A DNA stretch of 64,000 bases from an uncultured Clostridia bacterium (GTDB lineage: Bacteria; Bacillota; Clostridia; UBA1381), in NCBI GenBank assembly GCA_944390955.1, contig CALXRY010000176.1, positions 22,131 to 86,130 on the forward strand, in the 5' to 3' direction. Shown here piece after piece: positions 45,480 through 54,349 of the stretch (positions are counted from its first letter, which is position 1; each line of letters opens with the position of its first letter). The notes under the pieces were generated by a model, which had not been told where the DNA came from, searched no databases, and worked only from the letters and a program-made list of their open reading frames with translations. The translations under genes and the position numbers were made by a program.

Positions 45480-46559
45480 ATGAATTTAATAGGAAAGAAA
45501 GAATTCAGCAGTATGCTTATTACGCTAATGTCTGTAAAGCTGCTGCTGAGCTATCCTCTTAATCTTATAAAAAACAGCGGAAATGCAGCATGGATACAGA
45601 TGATTTTTGTTACATTGATATGCCTGCTGATATTCAAGGTCACAACGATGCTCTATGAGAAAAAAATAAATATCATAGAGCTTGCAGGAATACACGGAAA
45701 TAAGGCGGTGCGGATAATAGTAGGACTGCTGATCTTTATTGCGCTGTTTCTTAATATGGTTTCTGTAATGAGGATTTTTCCGGAAAGCGTAAAAATAGTA
45801 CTTTTGCCGGATGTTGAAACAGACATAATAATAGGAGTATGTACTCTCACGGTATTTATAGGGGCAATGTTAGGGATAGAATCGGCGGTACGGATAAATT
45901 ATATATTTCTTCCGATATGCGGGATACTGCTTGCTGCGTTTTTATTGCTCCTGCTGCCATATTACAAGATTGAAAATATTTTGCCGCTCTTTGGCAACGG
46001 CGGCACAAATATTTTTTTAAAAGGAATAAGCGGATTATCAGTTTTTTCGGATATTATAGTACTGAATATTCTGCTTGCCTATTCAAAGAACATAAGAGAG
46101 GCGCGTGACAGTGGCTACCGTGCAATCATAATAAGCGGAACAGTCGGAGTACTGACAACGCTTGTTTACGGATTGATCTATCCGTATCCGGTATCGAAAA
46201 ACTTTGTCCTGCCGATCTATCAGATCACAAGAATGATAAATCTGAGCAGCTTCTTTAATAGGTTTGAGGCATTGTTTCAGTTTATATGGTCGATTCTTGT
46301 ATTTCTTTACGGGACGATCTATGTATATATGCTGTGCTTTGTATGGCAGACGACATTCGGATTAAAATATATAAGACCACTTTTTTTACCGGTCGTGCTG
46401 CTTGTTTCGGCAGTGGCTCTTATTCCACAGTCCATAATGGATGCCAACAATATGGAGAGAGTCTTTGAAAACATAAGCTATCCGATAGCATTTTTGCTTC
46501 CTATTATAATAGGAGCGATTGATAAAAGAAAAGGAATAAAGGAAAATGAAAGCAGTTAA
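45480..46559 (+). CDS. Spore germination receptor B subunit (spore permease family)
   Basis: 359-aa protein with about 10 TM helices, between the A and C subunit genes. Confidence 0.75.
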   Translation: MNLIGKKEFSSMLITLMSVKLLLSYPLNLIKNSGNAAWIQMIFVTLICLLIFKVTTMLYEKKINIIELAGIHGNKAVRIIVGLLIFIALFLNMVSVMRIFPESVKIVLLPDVETDIIIGVCTLTVFIGAMLGIESAVRINYIFLPICGILLAAFLLLLLPYYKIENILPLFGNGGTNIFLKGISGLSVFSDIIVLNILLAYSKNIREARDSGYRAIIISGTVGVLTTLVYGLIYPYPVSKNFVLPIYQITRMINLSSFFNRFEALFQFIWSILVFLYGTIYVYMLCFVWQTTFGLKYIRPLFLPVVLLVSAVALIPQSIMDANNMERVFENISYPIAFLLPIIIGAIDKRKGIKENESS

Positions 46560-47787
46560 ATTTATTGCCGCAGCGTTCTTGGCATGTCTTTTATGTTCCT
46601 GCGGCGGAAGTGAACCGAATGATATAGCGTTTGTCGTTGCACTTGGATTTGATAAAGGAACTCAAAGTGAGTATGAGATAACGATCCAGTTTGCAAAGGT
46701 CAATCAGATATCGGGAGGATCATCAGAGAACGGCGGAAAGGCAGGTCCGGAAATAATACAGAATGTTACGGTCGAAGCCCCGGATATGTATTCAGCGATA
46801 AATACGGCAAATCACATAGTCTCAAAAAAATTTTCACTTTCTCATGCAAAGCTAATAGTTTTTTCGAGGAGTCTCGCAGAGGAGGGCATAGGTAGTGTGG
46901 TCGATACTATAATAAGGAGTAATGAGATAAAACCGGATGTATACATGGCAGTTGCAAAGGACAGCGCAAAGGAATATCTGAGCGAGGTAAAACCGGTTGT
47001 TGAAGTCAACCCGGCCAAATATTATCAGCTTGTTTATGGTGAAAATGAATCGGGAGGTATTCCGAAGACAAATCTTTTGAATTTCTATTTTGATAAGGAA
47101 GCAGAGAAAAAAAGCAGCGTTGTTCCTCTTGCGGGAGTGACCCAAGCCCAAAGCGGCGGAGAGGATGGAACCGAAAAAAGCACGGAAAACAATGCTAATC
47201 AAAATGCTCCTGTAAATGAGGAAGGCTTTGAATATAAAGTAAAAAACTACACGGCGGGAGAGGTTGCCGTAAACGGCGAAAATAAAAGTGAGGCAATGGG
47301 AATGGCCGTTTTCAGCGGTGATAAAATGATAGGAACTCTTGGCTCGGTAGATGGAGAACTGTATAATCTGCTTTCGGGGACACTAAAAAGAAGCTATATA
47401 AGCTTTAGGAACAGAGATAATGACACTCCAGTAATTGTAAAAATATTCCAATATAAAAAGCCGGATTATAATATCGATATAGAGAACAAAACGATAGACA
47501 TAAAGCTTTTTCTTGAATCGGATCTATATTCAAGACCTCAGGAAAACTACGATGTAGATCATCTTGAGGAGGACATTACGAACGATATAAATTCATCTGC
47601 CGAGAATTTTATAAAAAAAGTGCGTGATGAAATGGGATGTGACATTCTTGGTATAGAAAAAAAGCTCGGATATAAATTCCTGACAAATGAAAGTCTTGCG
47701 GAATATGACTTTAAAAGTGATTTCAAAAATTATGAAATACGCGTTGATGCGAAATTTGAGATAAGAAGGATAGGAATGAAGACATAA
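46546..47787 (+). CDS. Ger(x)C family spore germination lipoprotein
   Basis: Lipobox LLCSCGG. Length and operon position fit. Confidence 0.8.
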   Translation: MKAVKFIAAAFLACLLCSCGGSEPNDIAFVVALGFDKGTQSEYEITIQFAKVNQISGGSSENGGKAGPEIIQNVTVEAPDMYSAINTANHIVSKKFSLSHAKLIVFSRSLAEEGIGSVVDTIIRSNEIKPDVYMAVAKDSAKEYLSEVKPVVEVNPAKYYQLVYGENESGGIPKTNLLNFYFDKEAEKKSSVVPLAGVTQAQSGGEDGTEKSTENNANQNAPVNEEGFEYKVKNYTAGEVAVNGENKSEAMGMAVFSGDKMIGTLGSVDGELYNLLSGTLKRSYISFRNRDNDTPVIVKIFQYKKPDYNIDIENKTIDIKLFLESDLYSRPQENYDVDHLEEDITNDINSSAENFIKKVRDEMGCDILGIEKKLGYKFLTNESLAEYDFKSDFKNYEIRVDAKFEIRRIGMKT

Positions 47788-47948
47788 TGTTTAGATTTAT
47801 AGTTTCAAATCTGATAATGTTTTTTTGTGTTGTGAGAATGATCTCGTATATGATTTTCACAATAAAGGAAAAAAATATAGCCGGCGGTGTGTCGCTGTTT
47901 GTGTTAACAGTTGCTGCGACATTTATTAATTACTATATATATAGGTAG
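47787..47948 (+). CDS. 53-aa two-TM small membrane protein coupled to gerC (candidate D subunit)
   Basis: My own translation gives MFRFIVSNLIMFFCVVRMISYMIFTIKEKNIAGGVSLFVLTVAATFINYYIYR. The ATG overlaps the gerC stop (TAATG). A terminator follows directly. Below the ORF-track size cutoff. Confidence 0.45.
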   Translation: MFRFIVSNLIMFFCVVRMISYMIFTIKEKNIAGGVSLFVLTVAATFINYYIYR

Positions 47949-47973
47949 AAAGAGGCGTCTGCGGCGCCTCTTT
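47949..47973. terminator. Bidirectional terminator between the ger operon and the blaI-like gene
   Basis: AAAGAGGCG-loop-CGCCTCTTT. Confidence 0.7.
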
Positions 47974-48331
47974 ATGACATTTTATTTTTTAGTATCCTCT
48001 TCATTTCCTTTGCTTCGTTTTTTGATATATCGCGTATATTGAGAAGCGCAAGGAAGAAACGCACTGCGGAACCCTCAAAATAATTTTCGAGTATCGTACG
48101 CATTTCAATCTCGGATGCGCGTCTTTTTGAAAGAGAAGCGGTGCATATGTAGCCGGGATCCATGCGCGTTATAAGCTTTTTCTGAACACAGCGGTTTATT
48201 ACCGTATATGTTGTGTTTTTGTTCCAGCCTATGTCATCGGCAAGAACATGTGCTATATCGGCTGCTTTCATACGGCCATTTTCCCAAAGCACATTAAGGA
48301 CCTTAAGCTCGGAGTCATAAATTTTCTGCAT
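47972..48331 (-). CDS. BlaI/MecI/CopY family transcriptional repressor
   Basis: SELKVLNVLWENGRMKAADIAHVL...WNKNTTYTVINRCVQKKLI is a winged-helix penicillinase-repressor pattern. Confidence 0.8.
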   Translation of the reverse strand: MQKIYDSELKVLNVLWENGRMKAADIAHVLADDIGWNKNTTYTVINRCVQKKLITRMDPGYICTASLSKRRASEIEMRTILENYFEGSAVRFFLALLNIRDISKNEAKEMKRILKNKMS

Positions 48332-48346
48332 AGTATCCTCCCCTTT

Positions 48347-49258
48347 TTAGCTGTTAAAATAATTGTAAACAAGCTGAGAAATATCCTGCACGCCAGAGAT
48401 CGCCTCGCTGTTGTCATAAGCGTCGTTGCTCATTATGCAGATTATATAGTCGCAGTTAGGACTGTAGATGATAGCAGCATCGTTTTCAACGCCTGTCATT
48501 TCACCGGTTTTGTTTGCAATGACCGTTCCCTCAGGAAGCAGCTGCGGGATCTTGTAGCGTGTTTGTTGGTTTTTGAGATATTCAAGCATTTCGGCACTGT
48601 TCTCTGGACCGCACAGCTCTCCGTTATAGATCAGCTCAAGCAGATGTCCGCAGTCGCGCGGCGAGGTATAATTTCTGCCGCGATATTCTATCGTGGAATT
48701 TGCACGGTTGTCCTGAAGGTCAGTATTTTGGACAGTATAGGTACAGTCAATGCTTCGAGTATGTACATTTTCAAGGTCAAAGCCAGCAAGCATGTCTCCG
48801 TTTCCGAGAATTTCGCACAGCTCGTTTGCCGCGTCGTTGCTGCTTTCGGTAATCATTGTTTCAAGCAACTCCGACATATGCTCGTCCTTTGTTATCGTTC
48901 CTGCCTCAATTTCATTGTATACGGCAGCCATTATGAACAGCTTTATGAGGCTTGCCGAATACATCTCGTGCTCATTGATCATCATGTATTCGTTTGTTTC
49001 GAGATTTTTAATGTAAACTCCCCATTCTCCTCCCAATCTCGAAACAAGCTCCTCTATTTGGCTTTTCAGATTCTCAAGACCTTCCTTTTCGGGTGGCTTC
49101 GGTGTTGGAGTCGGTACAGCAGTTGGAGAAGGAGAGGGCGTAGCAGTGGGCGCGGCAGTCGACACAGGTGCCAGCGTCATGACAATTTCCGGGAGATTTG
49201 CAAAGCATGAATAAAGCGAGAAAATCAAGACTATGGAGATAGTCCGAAAAATAAACAT
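48347..49258 (-). CDS. Class A beta-lactamase-fold serine hydrolase with Pro/Thr-rich linker
   Basis: SASLIK (SxxK), SSND and KTGE motifs. N-terminal membrane/signal segment, then the linker APTATPSPSPTAVPTPTPKPP. Confidence 0.65.
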   Translation of the reverse strand: MFIFRTISIVLIFSLYSCFANLPEIVMTLAPVSTAAPTATPSPSPTAVPTPTPKPPEKEGLENLKSQIEELVSRLGGEWGVYIKNLETNEYMMINEHEMYSASLIKLFIMAAVYNEIEAGTITKDEHMSELLETMITESSNDAANELCEILGNGDMLAGFDLENVHTRSIDCTYTVQNTDLQDNRANSTIEYRGRNYTSPRDCGHLLELIYNGELCGPENSAEMLEYLKNQQTRYKIPQLLPEGTVIANKTGEMTGVENDAAIIYSPNCDYIICIMSNDAYDNSEAISGVQDISQLVYNYFNS

Positions 49259-49373
49259 ATCAGCCTCCTGTTCCCCGCCATGAGGCGGTGGTTACATGCA
49301 CATAAGAACGGATTTAACATGGTTGCTTTTGTGTATGGTATATTGCCTGAAGGTTTGAGCCGGGCGATATGGC

Positions 49374-50138
49374 CTATATATTCTTATAATAAATGACAGC
49401 AAGTCCTTTAAGTAGCAGCTCGTCGTCAAGTATTATTTTTCTTTTGCAGTAGGGTATAACAGTGCCGGCAAGACCGCCTGTTGCAATTACAGTAAGCGGC
49501 TGACCCATTTCTTCCTCAAGCTTTTCTATCATACCGTCTATGCTGGCGGCAGTTGAAAAGATTATGCCGCTTTTCATAGAGTCTACTGTATTTTTTCCTA
49601 TTATGTTTTTTGGAGCTTCAAGGCTTATCTTCGGCAACTGTGACGTTCCGCCAACAAGCGAATTGAGCGAGACCTCGATTCCCGGCATTATAACTGTGCC
49701 GAGATAGCTTTTCGAACTGTCGACTACTGAAATAGTCGTAGCAGTGCCCATATCAAAGATCGCCGCCGGAAGCGGATATTCATTTATACATGCAACTGCA
49801 TCAACAACAAGATCGGCGCCAAGTTGAGCCGGGTTGTCAGTCAGTATCGACAGACCGGTTTTTATGCCCGGCCCGATGACGAGTATCCTGCTGTCCGAAA
49901 GCTTGCCCATCGCTTGCTTTATGACATTCGTCAGCGATGGAACGACTGATGAGATGATGCCGCCGTCAAGCTCCTTCGGCGTTATCGAATATATCTCAAG
50001 AACGTTTTTGAAAAGTATCGCGTATTCAAGCTCCGTTGCTTTATGGTCGGTCGAAAGCCGTTCAGTGAATTTTATATTATGTCCTTCAAAGCATCCTATA
50101 ACTATATTTGTATTACCAATATCAATTGCTAAGATCAT
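49374..50138 (-). CDS. coaX: Type III pantothenate kinase
   Basis: Trimmed to ATG 50138 (MILAIDIGNTNIV) behind CAGGAGAG. Confidence 0.85.
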   Translation of the reverse strand: MILAIDIGNTNIVIGCFEGHNIKFTERLSTDHKATELEYAILFKNVLEIYSITPKELDGGIISSVVPSLTNVIKQAMGKLSDSRILVIGPGIKTGLSILTDNPAQLGADLVVDAVACINEYPLPAAIFDMGTATTISVVDSSKSYLGTVIMPGIEVSLNSLVGGTSQLPKISLEAPKNIIGKNTVDSMKSGIIFSTAASIDGMIEKLEEEMGQPLTVIATGGLAGTVIPYCKRKIILDDELLLKGLAVIYYKNI

Positions 50139-50239
50139 ATTTCTCTCCTGTGGACTATTATAGCAGCAGAAGATATTTTGAGACTTGTTCAAAGATCATT
50201 ACTACTATAATAGTCTGTCTGTAAAAATTTTTGGTACAG

Positions 50240-50632
50240 TTATTCCATATCGGAAAGCCGCCCGTGTTTTTCGTAATTTGTTATTCTTTGAATATTATTG
50301 TCATCGTCAAGAAACAGTACAGTCGGACGGTTTGTGGTAGCTTCCTCCGGCGACATATCTGCATACGCCATTATTATTATTTTATCACCCTTCTGGACAC
50401 ACCTTGCTGCTGCACCGTTAAGGCAGATTATTCCGCTGCCGGGTTCGCCGCTTATTGTATATGTTTCAAAACGGCTGCCGTTATTTATGTCAACGATCTG
50501 GACCTTCTGATATTCAAGTATCCCTGCCTTATCAAGCAACTCGCGGTCAACGGTTATACTACCGATATAGTCAAGCTCCGACTGCGTAACAGTGGCGCGG
50601 TGAATCTTCGCTTTTAAAACCGATATTGTCAT
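50240..50632 (-). CDS. panD: Aspartate 1-decarboxylase
   Basis: [23 protein letters not shown] contains the self-cleavage G-S site. Confidence 0.9.
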   Translation of the reverse strand: MTISVLKAKIHRATVTQSELDYIGSITVDRELLDKAGILEYQKVQIVDINNGSRFETYTISGEPGSGIICLNGAAARCVQKGDKIIIMAYADMSPEEATTNRPTVLFLDDDNNIQRITNYEKHGRLSDME

Positions 50633-50635
50633 TGC

Positions 50636-51484
50636 TTACGCCTCCTTAAAAGAAAAGTTGTCGATAAGCCTTGTTTTTCCTATATATACCGCCATTGCGC
50701 ACAGTACAGGTCTGTCGATCTTATTGACTGGCTGCATTGTTTCCGAGTCGACTATTTTTACGTAATCTATTTTTGCAAGCGGCTCTGTCTCTATATTTGT
50801 TGTCATAGCATTTATAATAGCTCCAGTGTTTCTTTCGCCGTTGCTGATAAGCTCTTTTCCAAGCTTAAGAGTTTTTGACAGTATAAGTGCTGCTTGCCGC
50901 TCTTCGCTGCTGAGATACGTATTGCGGGATGATTTTGCAAGCCCGTCAGTCTCTCTTACTATCGGGCAGCCGACAACTTTTATGTCCATATTAAGATCGC
51001 GCACCATATGCTTTATGACCGCAAGCTGCTGTGCGTCCTTTTCGCCGAAGTAGGCGTTGTCGGGCGTTACAATGTTAAACAGCTTTGTAACGACGGTGCA
51101 CACACCGCGGAAATGTATGGGACGCGAAAGCCCGCATAGCTCCTCGGTAAGAACGCTCATATCAACATAGGTAGAAAAGCCGTCCTTGTACATCTCCGAG
51201 GGGTCGGGATTAAATATGAGGTCTGCGCCGTGATCACGGCAGAGCGCACTGTCGTGATCTATATCCCGCGGATAGCTTTCAAGATCCTCGGTAGGGGCAA
51301 ACTGTATCGGATTTACAAATACCGAAACGACTGTCTTGTTATTGTTTTTCACAGATTCATCGATAAGGCTCGTGTGCCCCTCGTGGAGATAGCCCATTGT
51401 CGGGACTAATCCTATAGTCTGACCATCTGCTTTCCATTGCTTTATAATATCTCTTACTTCTTTTATTGTCTTTACAAGTTTCAT
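50636..51484 (-). CDS. panC: Pantoate--beta-alanine ligase
   Basis: Trimmed to ATG 51484 (MKLVKTI). PTMGYLHEGHTSLI is the HIGH-type motif. Confidence 0.9.
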   Translation of the reverse strand: MKLVKTIKEVRDIIKQWKADGQTIGLVPTMGYLHEGHTSLIDESVKNNNKTVVSVFVNPIQFAPTEDLESYPRDIDHDSALCRDHGADLIFNPDPSEMYKDGFSTYVDMSVLTEELCGLSRPIHFRGVCTVVTKLFNIVTPDNAYFGEKDAQQLAVIKHMVRDLNMDIKVVGCPIVRETDGLAKSSRNTYLSSEERQAALILSKTLKLGKELISNGERNTGAIINAMTTNIETEPLAKIDYVKIVDSETMQPVNKIDRPVLCAMAVYIGKTRLIDNFSFKEA

Positions 51485-51509
51485 GTCAATATCCTGCCTT
51501 TCCGAATTA

Positions 51510-52337
51510 TCAATAGAGCTTTTCGATAACTTCGTCGGAAATCGCAAAGGTGTGCGATTCCTCTGGGAATGCTCCGCTTTTCACATCGTTTATATATGAT
51601 GTGAACGCTCCCTTCATCATCTCACCTATGTCGGCATATTTCTTTACAAATTTAGGGGTGAAGTCGGAAAACATCCCGAGCATGTCCTGATAAACGAGTA
51701 CCTGGCCGTCGCAGCCTGCACCTGCACCTATACCGATAGTTGGGATAGAGAGCTCCCTTGTGATGATCTCCGCAAGCTTTGCAGGAACACACTCAAGAAC
51801 TACCATAAACGCACCGGCTGCTTCGATTTTTTTTGCGTCCTCTATGAGCTCGCGAGCTCTTGCCTCGTCCTTGCCCTGGACTTTAAAGCCGCCGAAGGCG
51901 TTGACCGACTGCGGAGTAAGTCCGAGATGTGCAACAACGGGGATAGACGCCTTTACGATCGCTTCGATCCTGTCGCAGACGGCTGCGCCGCCCTCAAGCT
52001 TGACGGCATATGCGCCGCCCTCCTGAACAAGGCGTCCTGCGTTTTTGACTGCGTCGTATACGGAAGTCTGGTATGACATGAATGGCATATCGGCTATTAC
52101 CATAGCATTTTTTGCTCCGCGCGTCACAGCCTTTGTATGATGGAGCATATCCTCCATTGTGACCGGAAGTGTGGAATCATAGCCGAGCATGACCATGCCG
52201 AGAGAATCGCCTACGAGTATACAATTTATTCCCGACTCGTCCATGAGCTTTGCCGTGGAGTAATCGTAAGCCGTAAGCATCGTTATCCTGTCGCCCTTTT
52301 GCTTCTGGGCGAGGATGGTTGCAGTTGTGTTTTTCAT
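51510..52337 (-). CDS. panB: 3-methyl-2-oxobutanoate hydroxymethyltransferase
   Basis: [14 protein letters not shown]...LVGDSLGMV...VKLEGG pattern. Confidence 0.9.
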   Translation of the reverse strand: MKNTTATILAQKQKGDRITMLTAYDYSTAKLMDESGINCILVGDSLGMVMLGYDSTLPVTMEDMLHHTKAVTRGAKNAMVIADMPFMSYQTSVYDAVKNAGRLVQEGGAYAVKLEGGAAVCDRIEAIVKASIPVVAHLGLTPQSVNAFGGFKVQGKDEARARELIEDAKKIEAAGAFMVVLECVPAKLAEIITRELSIPTIGIGAGAGCDGQVLVYQDMLGMFSDFTPKFVKKYADIGEMMKGAFTSYINDVKSGAFPEESHTFAISDEVIEKLY

Positions 52338-52392
52338 TTTTTATTCCTCCTGTTATCATTCTCAATAAAGCTGAGATACAATACATAGCTTT

Positions 52393-52421
52393 ATTATATC
52401 ATGTTTTGTACAGCAATTCAA
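52393..52421 (-). promoter_or_regulatory. Promoter of the panBCD-coaX operon
   Basis: On the minus strand: TTGAAT, 17 nt, TATAAT. A short 5'UTR hairpin TAAAGCT/AGCTTTA follows. Confidence 0.6.
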
Positions 52422-52553
52422 GATATAATTTTACTGGTAACGTTCTCGGAAGCATATTGACAAATCTGATAAAGATATATAACAATATGCTGAAAGCGCG
52501 GAAGCGGCACAGCAGCTGTCCAGACACTTCCATAAAGAGAGTACGGTGATACT

Positions 52554-52655
52554 ATGGACATGATAATAGTATTATTGGTTATAATATTATTGCTTGTTAT
52601 AGAGATAAAAAATAACCGCCTGCGCTGCAACGTAGAGTGGTTAAGTAAAATTTAA
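52554..52655 (+). CDS. 33-aa hydrophobic peptide (speculative, type I toxin-like)
   Basis: My own translation gives MDMIIVLLVIILLLVIEIKNNRLRCNVEWLSKI. Only a weak purine-rich stretch (GAGAG..GGTGA) lies upstream. It sits in the 0.68-kb intergenic region. Confidence 0.2.
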   Translation: MDMIIVLLVIILLLVIEIKNNRLRCNVEWLSKI

Positions 52656-52837
52656 TTTCTACTGACCTTATGAGGGAACGGGTGTGTGGTCCGTTTCCGT
52701 GTAAGTACATTATATCACAAAAAGTCATGATGCCAAAAATTTTGATGTATCGTTATTCAAAAAGTCCCCATCTGTGAATTTTAGCAGGAAATCGATAAAA
52801 TTTAATTAAAATACGACATGTTTTTTAATATTTTATA

Positions 52838-52866
52838 TTGCAATCGAGCAAAAAATATTATATAAT
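52838..52866 (+). promoter_or_regulatory. Promoter of the Spo0A C-domain gene
   Basis: TTGCAA, 17 nt, TATAAT, about 150 nt upstream of the start codon. Confidence 0.6.
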
Positions 52867-53019
52867 TATAATCCAAAAGCACGGCGCCGGATGTATTATC
52901 AACAAGGACGGGCAGGATTCTGAAATGAGGGATGCATGTGTTTTTGGAATGCTTTGAGTATTTTATATGCTCTCTGCATAAAAAAACTCCGGCATACCGG
53001 AGAAATACATAAAGGAGGA

Positions 53020-53397
53020 ATGGCGTTGGAAATTGACGCCGTCCCGAATGTGAGCGATGAGGCAAAGCGTCTGCTTGCAAAACTCAGACTGCCGGTGCAT
53101 ATGAAGGGATACTGCTATCTCTGCACCGTTGTTGAGTTGGCTGTCTGCCGGATGACAAGCATAGGAGTAAAGGCGCGTGTTCTATACTCCGAAGCTGCAC
53201 GCATACACGGAACTACCGAAGCGTGTGTGGAGCGGGATATACGCTATTGCATTGAGGAGGCATGGAGAACAGCCGATTCTGAGACGCTTCATAATTTGTT
53301 TGGTATCCGCGGTCCGGACAGAAGACCAACCAATATGGAGTTCATATACGGAGCCGCAAATATGATCATCCTTAAAAGAACTGCAAAACAGTGCTGA
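53020..53397 (+). CDS. Stand-alone Spo0A C-terminal (DNA-binding) domain protein
   Basis: Trimmed to ATG 53020 behind AAAGGAGGA. LRLPVHMKGYCYLCTVVELAV ... LYSEAARIHGTTEACVERDIRYCIEEAW follows the Spo0A effector-domain pattern. There is no receiver domain. Confidence 0.7.
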   Translation: MALEIDAVPNVSDEAKRLLAKLRLPVHMKGYCYLCTVVELAVCRMTSIGVKARVLYSEAARIHGTTEACVERDIRYCIEEAWRTADSETLHNLFGIRGPDRRPTNMEFIYGAANMIILKRTAKQC

Positions 53398-53430
53398 CAG
53401 AAAATCGTTGGATGACGGAAGCAGTCAGAA

Positions 53431-53464
53431 AAACAGCCGGAGCAGATGATTGCTCCGGCTGTTT
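53431..53464. terminator. Bidirectional terminator
   Basis: AAACAGCCGGAGCA-GATGAT-TGCTCCGGCTGTTT, a 14-bp stem. Confidence 0.75.
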
Positions 53465-53484
53465 AAGTATGAATGGTATCAGCT

Positions 53485-54330
53485 TTAGAATTTGTACGAA
53501 TGGAGTGCTTTTATCCAATAGGGATCAAAGTGATCTACTATCTCGCTCCTGCCAGTATCCATTTCTTTTATTTTTGCCATATCTTCGTCTGAAAGAGTGA
53601 AGTCAAAAACATCAAAATTCTGCTGCATTCTGTTCTCGTGGACTGTTTTCGGGATAACTACGACTCCACGCTGAATATTCCAGCGCAGTGCTGTCTGAGC
53701 AGCAGTTTTGTTGTATTTTGCACCAATTTCCGTCAATATTGGGTTATTGAAGAAATCGCTTTTGCCCTCGTTGAACGGAGCCCATGCCTCGGGAACTACA
53801 CCGTATTCCTTCATTATATTAAGGTTCAGCTGCTGCTGGAAGAATGGATGCATTTCTATCTGATTTACCATCGGCTTTATTTCAAAGGTCTCGCAAAGGT
53901 CCGCAAGCACATGCGGATAACAATTTGCCATGCCTATAGCTCTTATTTTACCTTCTTTATAAAGTTTTTCAAGCGCTCTCCATGCGCCGATGTAATCGCC
54001 AAGAGGCTGATGCAGGAGCATAAGGTCAACATAATCCGTCGAAAGCAGCTCAAGAGAACGCATTACTGCCTTCTGAGTGCCATCAAAAGAAAAATCCTGA
54101 AGCCATATCTTGCTTGTGATAAAGACCTCTTCTCTTGGTATGCCGCTTTCCTTTACGGCATCTCCGACAGCCCTTTCATTCATATAGCTCTGCGCCGTAT
54201 CGATAAGCCTATAGCCTGTTTTTAAAGCGGAAAGCACGGCCTTTTTCGCAGCTTCATGATCAGGTATCTGAAATACGCCGAAGCCGAGCTGCGGTATCTT
54301 AACGCCGTTATAAAGTTCAAGGTGTTCCAT
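53485..54330 (-). CDS. Aldo/keto reductase
   Basis: Trimmed to ATG 54330 (MEHLELYNGVKIPQLGFG). GYRLIDTAQSY motif. Confidence 0.85.
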   Translation of the reverse strand: MEHLELYNGVKIPQLGFGVFQIPDHEAAKKAVLSALKTGYRLIDTAQSYMNERAVGDAVKESGIPREEVFITSKIWLQDFSFDGTQKAVMRSLELLSTDYVDLMLLHQPLGDYIGAWRALEKLYKEGKIRAIGMANCYPHVLADLCETFEIKPMVNQIEMHPFFQQQLNLNIMKEYGVVPEAWAPFNEGKSDFFNNPILTEIGAKYNKTAAQTALRWNIQRGVVVIPKTVHENRMQQNFDVFDFTLSDEDMAKIKEMDTGRSEIVDHFDPYWIKALHSYKF

Positions 54331-54349
54331 AAATCTGTCCCTCCCCAAT

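Noticed and set aside
48248-49210. 320-aa plus-strand ORF
   Set aside because: It lies entirely antisense to the class-A-fold hydrolase gene, which has SxxK/KTG motifs and a proper RBS. Its sequence is low-complexity and has no start context.
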